Source of the DNA: the human T2T-CHM13v2.0 reference genome, Homo sapiens
Strand: one strand, 5' to 3'
Assembly (NCBI RefSeq): GCF_009914755.1
Contig: NC_060928.1
Length of the DNA stretch: 64,000 nt
Every line of letters begins with the position of its first letter. Position 1 is the stretch's first letter. The position numbers were made by a program, and so were the translations under genes. The notes below the pieces were generated by a model, which ran no database searches, was not told the origin of the DNA, and saw nothing but the letters and a program-made list of their open reading frames with translations. Positions 53,598-64,000 of the stretch are shown here, piece after piece.

Positions 53598-54879
53598 GAG
53601 ACCAATTCTCATCACCAACTCTTCAGTAATGAAGAACAAAAATAGGTTGTTTGTTTTGAATCAACTCTAAAGCTTTGCTATTGTTTTCTTAATCTATGTA
53701 TATAGTTCTCAGTTGAAAGTGCATTTGGTAATGCAAAAACCTTCTCCACACATTTTCTTATGGTTATTCCACTGCACTAAGTTAAGAATCCTGTATGGTA
53801 ATAATATATCAGTGTAACAGAAAGAAAAATTAAGAAAAGTAAATGGTCACAGAATACCCAAACTTTAGAGAAGAGGGATTTAATTCAGGGAAGAGAAAAT
53901 TTTAGTTAGTAAAACTTATTATTGGAGCTTCTTAAAGTAGAATTTTAGACTAAAAGGCACCTATTTGTGAGTTTTTTCTTAACTATTCCAGAGAGATAAT
54001 GGATACTAGGAAGTGGTAAAGAGAAAAGATGAGAGAATGTTTTAGATGAGGGTCAGAGCACTTGTCATGGACAAAATTGAGAGATGATAGAAAGAGTGAG
54101 ATCTAATTTTCAATATTTCTCTTGTAGATAATCATTTCTGCACTTTCTTTAAATGATAACTCTTTCTTTAAAGGTCTACAAAAATCTACAGCCGTGTGCT
54201 AGTGGATTTGTAGAAAATAAATGAGAAAATACACTGTAATATGGGGAGGTGATAAGTCAATGGGAAAAAAATAAAGATTTGAGAAGAAAGCAGGAGCTTG
54301 GAGTAAAGTTGACTAGGGAAATCAAGTATCCCTCTATATTACCCTAAAAGAATCCTCAGAAATTTTTAAATCCCAGTAATACTTTAGGAAAGTGACTTAA
54401 ATTTTCTTTGCTTTAATATTTATAAAAAGAAGATGAGAATCTTTATCTCCTTTCCCCTGGTTGTGACAAGAATTACAGTACATAGGGCATCATTTCTCAA
54501 ACCGGTGAAAGTATAACACTAGTGGTACATGAGGTATGTTTACCTGGTGCTGGAAAGGCATTGTTAAAATACTATAATAGTAATATATTACTACTACTAT
54601 ATGTGTACATATATAAAAAATATATATAATTACATTTATATTTATGTAACTATATATTTATTTATATAAATTAGGAAGCTCATAATTATACAGAACAAGA
54701 AAAAAAGGAAAAAGTGAGTTCATTTTAAAGAAAATCAAGTAGGAAACAGATTATGCAGATTATTTTCTCAGTGTGACAAAATTATGAAAATGAAATATGG
54801 AAATCGTTGATAAAATATGCATGAAATTATCTGAAAAGCAAATGGTGGGTAGAGAGCACTCACTAAAAATATGATTATA

Positions 54880-55085
54880 AAATGTGTAATTGTGCTAATG
54901 GCTTTCATATATGTTACTTTATGTAACCCTCTTAGTAAACTGATGAGGCAAGAACTGCTATTCACATTTTCAAAGATAAAGAATAAGTAGTCCACATATG
55001 TGGAAAATTGCTTTGCCCAACATCACACAGTAGGTTTGCCTTACCATGAACTCAAACACAGGAGTCCAGAATGCCAATCTTTTTG
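54880..55085 (-). mobile_element. MIR SINE remnant
   Basis: CACATTTTCAAAGATAAAG...TTGCCCAACATCACACAG...GAACTCAAACACAGG. Confidence 0.65.
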
Positions 55086-55984
55086 CATTGTACTCTGTAT
55101 CATTGCCTCTTCATAGAGTCATTCTTTGCCACCAGTAGTGTGTTTATTTTAGACTCTAAGGTTCAGCAGCACAATATTTCTGGTCAAAATATTCTGTTGT
55201 AATATCATGTGTCAATACTACTTTTTAAATTTTAAAAAACATATTAAAATTTTACTAGCATATGTAACTAACTTGACAATAATAAAAGAAGAAACATTTC
55301 CAATTAATGTGAGAACTATAAGCTGTTCAATTCAGCCATTTCTAAGCTAGTACATTTGTTTCAGGGATTCTTATTAACTGGAGTTACCACTGGCTCTTTT
55401 CAGGTTAAGTGGGAATTACTTCACTAAAGATAAAAAAGAAATCATTATATTTCATAAGACATTGTTGTTAATAACATAACTTAAAAAATTAACTGATTTT
55501 ATAATGATTTTAAAAATAAAGTCAGAATCACAAATAAATCAAGCAATACATTTAAATCTCATGCACAAATTTGCAATGGTTAGCCAAATTTTGGAGATTA
55601 ATAAGCATTTATTAAATTTCTTCCTTGTTTGCACTCCCTTTAACATATACTGCAATAAATATAGAAACAATAAAACTTCACTTGACTTCTGCTATGTAGA
55701 AAATTTATATAGTTAAGAAAATAATTCAAGAACCATCTGAAAGTAAAATGTGTGAAAGCGCAATGTACAGTGTCTTGAAATAATTAATGAAGAAACTCCA
55801 AGTAGAGGAATGTTTGGGTCAACATTAAACAGGAAAAGATGGATGAGAAAACAAGAAGTGTTTTCATTGGTTCTTCAGCTAAAACTAGGCTTTGAATTGA
55901 ATACTGTGCAGAATAAGTTGAGGAATATCTGTAAGGTTAGTTTAGATGGGACAGGGTTACAGAAAGTGGTTAAAAGCTTGTGGT

Positions 55985-56222
55985 CCACAGGTTCTCACTT
56001 ATAAGTGGGAACTAAACAGTGGGTACTCATGGGCATAATAATGGCAATGACAGAGACTGAGAGTAGTAGGGGGCAAGGGCTATATAACTAATTATTGGGT
56101 ACTATGCTCAGTGCCTGGTAAGCAGATCAGTCATACCCCAAACTTCAGCATCACACAGTATATCCAGGTAACAAACCTGCACATGTATGTACCTCCTGAA
56201 CTTAAAATCAAAATTGGAATTA
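55985..56222 (+). mobile_element. L1 3' UTR fragment (L1PB/L1MA-like)
   Basis: GTTCTCACTTATAAGTGGGAACTAAAC...TATTGGGTACTATGCTCA...GTAACAAACCTGCACATGTA. Confidence 0.9.
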
Positions 56223-58724
56223 TGTTTTTAAAAACATTATGTTCCAAGTCATGACAAATATAAAGATGATATTGGTCAGCAAAAAGTCTGCACAAATACC
56301 AAACTTCAAAAGAGGAAGGAGTGGCTATGTGGTTCTTTTTATTGTTCAAATATGGTGTACTTATAATGAGAATTTTTGTAAATTATCAGATTAGTGTATA
56401 TTCACTAATTCAGGAAGGAAATATAGAACTGGAAGAAATCAAGAAATCATATTTCCCCCTTCTCCCTTCTTCTTTCACTACGTGCTCATTGATATTATAC
56501 TCAACGAAAACTCTTCCAGGTACTAAGGAGGAAGAAACAAAATTGAATTTGAGATCTTCTCTGGTGACAAATGCCCATACATTAGTGGAGAAAGTAATGC
56601 TGATGGTAGTACTAATTCAGGTAGATTAGGCTAAATACTATGCCACAAAGAGTACAAAGCGATGAAAATTAATTCTTATTACAAAATAAGGGAAAGATTC
56701 TCTGGGGAAAATTGGTTGATCCATTGATTCTACCCAAAATCTCAACAGACTAAGAGGGTCAGAGGGTGAGGAAGAAAGAAAAACATTTCAATATTAGGAC
56801 CCTGGTAGTAAAGACATGGTGATGGTGAAATTTAAACATCTGCTGGAATTAGCCAGTAGTCTAGTGTTCCTAGCATAGAAGAGACAGGGAAATATGGCAA
56901 GAAGAAAAGCTGTTATGGTAAACTGAGTCTAGACTCATGTCTGTATGTGTGTCCATGCCTGTGTGCATCTGGAGGGGTGGGGATGCAATAAGGCCATACT
57001 ATGTACTTTAAATTTTTTTTTTCCAGTAAGGCTGGGAGGAAAGCTTAAAAGAGACTTAGAGCAAAAGATTGATATAAAAGTAGTGAAGCTCTAATAAGAA
57101 AGTGGCAAAGGAAGGGTAGATTGAAGAGAAGAAGCTTTGAAGCTGGTACAGGAGTAAAATTGAGAGGCAATGAGATCCAAATTAAAGGGGAGGAAAAAGT
57201 TCAAAACAGACACACATAGTCCAGAAATTCATATGGGACATATAAAAATAACCTCAAATTTTAAATGTGGTGATTGAATTGAGGAACTCAGAAGACTGGC
57301 TTTAGGAAATAACATGGAAATTTCTGTTGCTATTCTTCAATTTAGCACATGATATATACTAAATTATTAAAATCTACAATTACAGATGTTTGATACTGAA
57401 TGCATTACAGCAATTGTAAAAAACAAATTAAAAATTAATATTAAAAATGTAAACGGCCTGTTTTTACCTCGATTATTACATTGCAATTATTTTTATAGTC
57501 TTCTGAATTAATTTCAAGCATCGAAATCTCACAATATACTTAAATGCTTTCATCATTAAAACAGGCTAAGAGACTAGAATATGTTATACTCTGTTCCACT
57601 AGTTTCAATAGATGCATCCTAAGGCACTGATTACATTTCAATGTAAGGTTATTAACTTAACAATTTTAAATTCAAAAGATTATTTTATCGTAAATTTAGA
57701 CTAATGCATTTAAGTTAAGAAAAATTAATAGGGTTTCACCACAGTCCTAATTATAAATATATTTAATTTATCTAGGTGGAGGATAAAAGCTATCCTAAAA
57801 ATTGTCATGTATTAAATTCATACACTCACTGTCTCCTGAAATTTGCCTCTAAATGTCTATCATGAAAACTATGATACAGTTACTTTTTAAATCAAACATC
57901 ATATATGAATGCAAGTTAAATATAATTGCATAATGCCTCTTAATTACTTGTTTAATAACTGTCAGACCTTATAAGATTGCAGAAATTAAATATGCAGAAT
58001 TATATTAGCTCATCTATTTCATCCCTTGACAGTGCATGAATATTCTCTGTTAAGAAAAACGATGTTTTACAAAGTGTTTTTATCTATTCTAGTTTTAAAT
58101 TACTTTGACTTTAAAAAAAATACCTAACAACATTGTTTTGTGGAAGGAATTCATTTCTATATTTTACTCAAAGAATGAGACTAATTTTTTCAGGCAGAAT
58201 AGGAAGAACTCAGAGAGCAATAGACTGTAAAAATATTGTGTTACACATGTACACATGATGAAATTAAGTTATACTAAGTTAAATCATGATATAAAATATT
58301 AATGTAACATGGGATTTAGTATACACATGTTCACAATAAATAGTAAAAAAACACAAAACTTTCTGGAGATAATATCCACAGGACTTGGCAAATGATTCAA
58401 TGTGGATGGTGAGGTAAAGAAGTTCTGTGAAATATTCAGTGATTTCTGATTTCAGATTTTCATATGAAGATGGGGAGTTACATCTTGTATAGGTCAGAAG
58501 CATACATGAATAAGAAAGACAAAGGAAATTAGCATGAAGGTCACATTCTAAGAATGCATGTCTCATTTCTCTGTTTCCCAATCGAAGGCTCTCTTCAGCC
58601 GCCCACAGACTTTGCTATACCCTTTGCTGCATGGAGTTCCCTTGCAGGGCTTCAGACCTCAGCCTGCTGTCCTCCAGGGATACTCAAAGTATTTGTAAAC
58701 TATTTTTGTAAACTATAAATACGT

Positions 58725-58880
58725 TACTGCTTACCATAATCCTGAGTCGAGGAAACAAGAGTTATGCTCCACATTTTGCAGATGAGCAAATATGGCTTCA
58801 CAATTTTAAATTATTAGTAATAGATCCAATTCTAGAGACCAGGTCTTCTGCTCCCGGGCAGGCATTCTTTTCTGTCTTCC
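58725..58880 (-). mobile_element. MIR SINE remnant
   Basis: CATAATCCTGAG...CACATTTTGCAGATGAGCAAA...CCAGGTCTTCTG. Confidence 0.6.
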
Positions 58881-60741
58881 CTAATCCTTCCAGAATAACC
58901 AGATCTTTGGTGCTGCTTCTAATATACGGCAAGTAATTGGAGCTCAACTTGGCAAATCGGGTTAACAGTTACTGCAGACTATTTTCTAATAGATTTATCA
59001 GATGGTGGAAACCTTTTAAGTAACATTTGTGTCATTCAATGACTTTTATAACGATATAAAAATCCCACGAAATCTTAGCATAATAGATAATAGCTATTTA
59101 GCATAATAAATACATGTATATAATTATTTCAAAAATATGTTAATAATAAAGTTGTATTTCTATAGCAGATAAGAGCATTCATCTGATATCAAAAATGTGC
59201 CATTTTAGTAATGCATTTTTTCCATTTTGAAAGAATATGAAATCTAACAATTGTTATTCAAAAATTGTTCTTTAGAAAAAGCTGAAACCAAGGAGGTTTT
59301 GATTTTTGCTTTTGAAATCTCAAGGTAATGAAGATAAAAGTTTGACAATTGAGACGTATGGAAATACATTTCATGAACAGAATTTCATATATGACATGCA
59401 AATTTATTTAACAAATGATATAACTAAGTACAGTGTGTAGAAAGCAGTTGTACTCAAATGTAGGGCAGCTGTAAATTAGATTTTATGATGACACTTAATG
59501 CATGCTTTTTTGGGAAAAATTGTCAACTCTATCAGTTCAATGAGCCACTACAGGGTAAAAGAAACTCATCTACATTAAGAGATTCATAATAAGCATAAAA
59601 TATATAATTAAATACAATAAGGTCAAAAGCTGAATAATCAGATATAGAAGGGTGTATTTTTTCCACTTTCAAGTCAAAATGAGAAATATGATAAGTTTGG
59701 ATGACAGGTGTGAGGGCTAATTTTCATTAAAATCTGACATTCATTTTGATTATTAAAGTTTCCAAATGACTGACAATGCAAGTATAATATGTTTTAATTT
59801 AAAGAACGATTTAAATAATTTAAAAGAAATGATTCTTACGATTATTTTGCAAGGATCTACTTGTTGAGAAGGACTAATGAATGCTATCAAATATCTTCCA
59901 TAGTGAAGAATAATTAGTCCATCCATTAATCAGGATTATTTTGAAGGCTTACTCTTTTAGTTAAGTTTGTGTTATTTTTATATAGCTTTAGTCAATGTAC
60001 TATAGAATTTATGAAATTGAACTTTGTATGTGCAGAAGATTTCTAGCTAGCTATTTAGGCACATCAAATGTTTTACTTCAATTTAAAAAAATATATCTTT
60101 TCCCACTGTGTGAGAAGAAGTTATACCCTGAAAGACACAAAAATCACCAACACATGAACCTTCTCCTCCAGAATTTAATCATTCCCTTGGAAAAATACAC
60201 ACAAACACCAGTAGTGAGGAAATATCTCTGATGTGGGTAGAAAGGCAAAACTAAAAGAGCATCTAGTCTTTCAGGATAAGAAAATAACAAGTAATGAATA
60301 GCACTATCTTTCTTCTCTACTATGGATACTAGTAATAATCAATTTAACCTACTCAATCAATACTTTTTATCACTGATTATTTTTCTATTCATGTGTTTCA
60401 TTTTTACAATATTTTTGCAGAAATTTAAGAAATGTTCTTATTTTGGGTAACCATCTGAGATTGTAAGATTTTTTTTTTCTTTTTGTACCTTGGTTTTGAG
60501 TGCTGCAAAGCTTTCATGTAATTTGAAAATTATTATAAAATTATGGATCTGAAAAATTTACCATGTCCATGTCTCAACATGTGTTAGCATGTTGAAGTTA
60601 CCCTAGTTCAATTTAAAATATTTCAATGTGCAAATCCTATAAAGTCATTGACTTTTCTTATTTTTTTGTTTTAATATTAATTCACTTATTAATCATTCAT
60701 GCAGGAAATATTATTGAGCACCAGATAGAAAGAACCTCTGT

Positions 60742-61053
<312 letters not shown>

Positions 61054-61399
61054 TCACAATTGCCATTCTAGTGTGGGAGATTGAAAACAAGTATGGAAAT
61101 TACAATGTATGTTAAATAACAATATGGATTAAAGATGCAGTTACCCATTAGTCAAAACATGCATCATACACTGAACACTGAATACAAAGAAGTCTGAAAA
61201 ATCTACTTACCAGGCTTTTAGCTCACATGATAGCAAAAAGAGCACAGGAGAGTTTGGGAACATATACTGGGTGCCAAAAGGAAAAAATCGAGCATAATAT
61301 ATACCACTTTTGACAATATTTAAAATTTTAATTAGCAGCAATGGCAAAAAACAACACGATTCTTGCTAATAGAATAGAATTATTCCCCATACAAAAATT

Positions 61400-61922
61400 T
61401 TCTCAATCCCTCCTCTAAAAATAGAGATCCAAACTTCTATTAGTCACCAAATCTAGCCCTGGGTGATAATGATTCTTGCTTAAGTTCAGTTGCAATTCTG
61501 CTTTTATATTTAGTCTCTAAAAATGAATTTATATGAACTACCAGTACCTTATGTAAATTAGTAAGTGAAGAATGAAGGAAAGATAAGAAGTTAGTGGCTG
61601 ATATATACAAATATGTACATAACAAAGCAAGGAAGAAAACACAAATATGCATAGCTATTCAAGTTCTCTTTCCTTAAATGGGGCACAAAGTTGTAATTTG
61701 CATTTTTAACTTTCCCCTTCCACAAGCCATTCATTGTTCCCTTGCCCTCAACCAGCATTGAGCTGGTGTGATTTAAATCTTTATTCCTGGGGAAGGCAGG
61801 AGACCTTATTGGTACTGTCTTTAGTGAGTTGATGTTGTTTCCTAAGGGGTGTTAAAAGATATTCCCCATAAAAGGAATCTCCGGAGATTCAGACCTATGC
61901 CCTCATTTCCCCGGCGTTAAGC
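61400..61922 (-). mobile_element. ERVL internal 3' part (end of pol/dUTPase region)
   Basis: Minus strand gives PGIKI*ITP and MLVEGKG../EWLVEG, like ERVL SGMKVWVTP...EVLAEGKGNTEWVVEEG. Confidence 0.7.
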
Positions 61923-62092
61923 ATTATTGTGTTAGACATTGTTCCAGATACTAAAGGGCAGAGTGTTTCAACATTATGCCAGGAAATTGACGTAAAATGG
62001 AATTCTGAGATGAATTTTCTGAGTTGACTGGGCTTGACTTGATAACTTTTTGCCACCCTGGTGATGCCTCAATTGACTCACATTCAGTGAAA

Positions 62093-62428
62093 CCATGGTG
62101 GTACAGAGAGAATTTCTACCTAGGCTTCAAAACGTGAACTTTCCCTCAGAAAGGGTGACTGCAGTGCTGCTGCGCATCTAACCAGACAGCAGCAAAGGTC
62201 ACCACTGGCTCACTAATAGGGCTTTATATCCCAGGCAAACCAGCCAGCAACCTGATGGCAGGATTAACTTACAGGAGATCCTTTTCCATATGGAGAGGCC
62301 AGAGATTTATCCTCATAAAAATAAACCTACTAGATATGGATTATTTTTCTTCTCAATGCTTGCAATGCTTCTGTGAAAACTACCATCCTTTGACTTCCTG
62401 AATGGTTTATTTATTGTAATGATGTCCC
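62093..62428 (+). pseudogene. ERVL integrase N-terminal remnant
   Basis: HGG (62094), QQQR, QPAT*WQ (62241-62261), WRGQRFIL and NASVKTTI (62364), colinear with ERVL integrase. Confidence 0.85.
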
Positions 62429-63461
62429 AGGGCACTCACAGGGGGAAGATCTAGAAGTTGCTGCAAAATGTCGTGTCTGTGAAGTCCATATGTTTGTGTG
62501 CTGCCACTGAGAAAGAAGGCAATGCTTTCTTATTCATACTTTTCTATCTCAAAATTTCATACAAATGTATCTTAGCAAAATGAGAATCACATTGAAGATT
62601 TGTTAAAAAAAAAAAAAAGTAAGTTTGATAAATATAGTACCAAGGCTTCTAGCCTTTGCAATACAGAAGAAAAGACTGGAAGGTGTGCAGATGACTACCC
62701 ATTGAAATATGGAAAGGCACTGAAAGGTCTTGCCCAGACAGGTAGCATGTACTTGCTTTGCCTTCTAGTCTTCTGCTCCAACATCCATTGCTTGAGTCAG
62801 GTGCCTCTCTTTCATTATCTGCGGATTTAGATAAATCATCTTAATTGGCTAATGCAACATGGAAACTATATTCAAGTTTTAAAATAGGTGACATATTTTT
62901 CTTAGGAATTGAGGCCTTCACAAGAATTATCACGAACTCTTCATATACTGAAAATTTGCTAATTAGATGCTAAAGTTTAATGACCCAGGCTTCTGGACAA
63001 AGCATCTCATTGTAGGAAATGCAGCTTTTAAGAATACGGTAAAAAGTTTGATCAACACCATAATGCAGAAATTTCAGAGAGGAGTATCTGATGTGCTTGA
63101 GAGAATAATATTTCAACACAATATATTGGTTTAATTGAATCTTGAATGATGAGAGTAAATTAGGTAGTAAAACAAATGGGAAAGATGTACAAAGAAGAAA
63201 GTGGAATAGATGCTAGTGCAACTGTGAAAACATACGCTCCTAATATAATTGGGATATTAGGGTGAGGTGGGAGACATCCTAATCTCTAGAGAAAATAGGA
63301 AACTGCCTTTCCTCTTCCTGAAGAGGTTAAGATTCATTGCACATGTAGGGAAAAATGGATTTCTCAGCAACAGAACTGGATCACTCTAATGGGCAGAGTT
63401 GGTTGGAAGGGGAAGTTTTGCCAGTAAGAATAAGCAGTTATACATAGAACTGAAATGGCCA

Positions 63462-63894
63462 TTTCTTAGTTTATTTGCATTGCAATAAAGAAATACCAGA
63501 GGCTGAGTAATTTATACAGAAGAGAGGTTTATTTGGTTCATAGTTCTGCATGCTGTACATGAAGCATGGTGCCAGCATTTGCTTCTGGTGAGGATTTCAC
63601 TTCACGGTGAGATGGGGGCAAAGGGCAGCTGGCATGTGCAGAGGTCACGTGGCAAAAGAAATTAGAAGCAAAAGAGAAAGGAGAGAGAGAAAATGGAGGT
63701 GGCAGGCTCTTTTTAACAATCAGTTCTCCCAGGAACTAATAGAGCGACTCACCCATTACCCTGAGGGTGACAACAAGTTGTTCATGAGCGATCTGCTCCC
63801 ATGACCCAAGTGCCTCCCACTATGCCCCACTTCCACCACTGAGGATCAAATTTCAACAAGTGATTTGGAGGGAACAAATATCCAAACTATATCA
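63462..63894 (-). mobile_element. MSTB-like MaLR solo LTR
   Basis: GGCTGAGTAATTTATA...GAAGCATGGTGCCAGCATTTGCTTCTGGTGAGG...ATCCAAACTATATCA. Confidence 0.9.
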
Positions 63895-64000
63895 GGTTGT
63901 ATGTTCTTTTAACTTACATCATTTGCTTTTAGATTGTTCCATCTCAAGCAACTGCTATGTCCTGTGTAACCTGGAGGAGATATCCAACCTTAGATGATAA

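Noticed and set aside
59340-59720. Possible CR1/L3 LINE remnant
   Set aside because: The similarity is too faint to support by eye.

Overview
AT-rich, CpG-poor simian-primate (probably human or ape) non-coding DNA, intergenic or deep intronic, dominated by transposable-element fossils. I find no credible host protein-coding exon, RNA gene or CpG island. The ORFs in the track are Alu, L1, LTR, ERV or MaLR fragments, or chance frames. Main content: (1) 1-5801, a heavily decayed gamma-like (ERV1) provirus with RT, RNase H and integrase remnants, an apparent second integrase upstream of RT, and a nested MLT2 LTR plus Alu; (2) 6449-14738, a four-level nest in which a solo LTR holds a MER50-like solo LTR, which holds a complete non-autonomous MER66-like provirus (tRNA-Glu-like PBS, PPT, two LTRs) containing an Alu; (3) scattered Alu, MIR, L2, L1, MLT, MER77, LTR33 and Tigger elements; (4) an L1PA 3' fragment split by a MER61 LTR; (5) an MSTD-like LTR split by a 5'-truncated THE1; (6) a full-length THE1 with a perfect DUX4 motif in its 5' LTR; (7) an ERVL remnant with an internal inversion. 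Family names come from my recollection of consensus sequences, not a database search, and subfamily calls need RepeatMasker/Dfam confirmation. The sequence does not support a new multi-gene system; the notable items are structural and evolutionary oddities and candidate LTR-derived regulatory sites.
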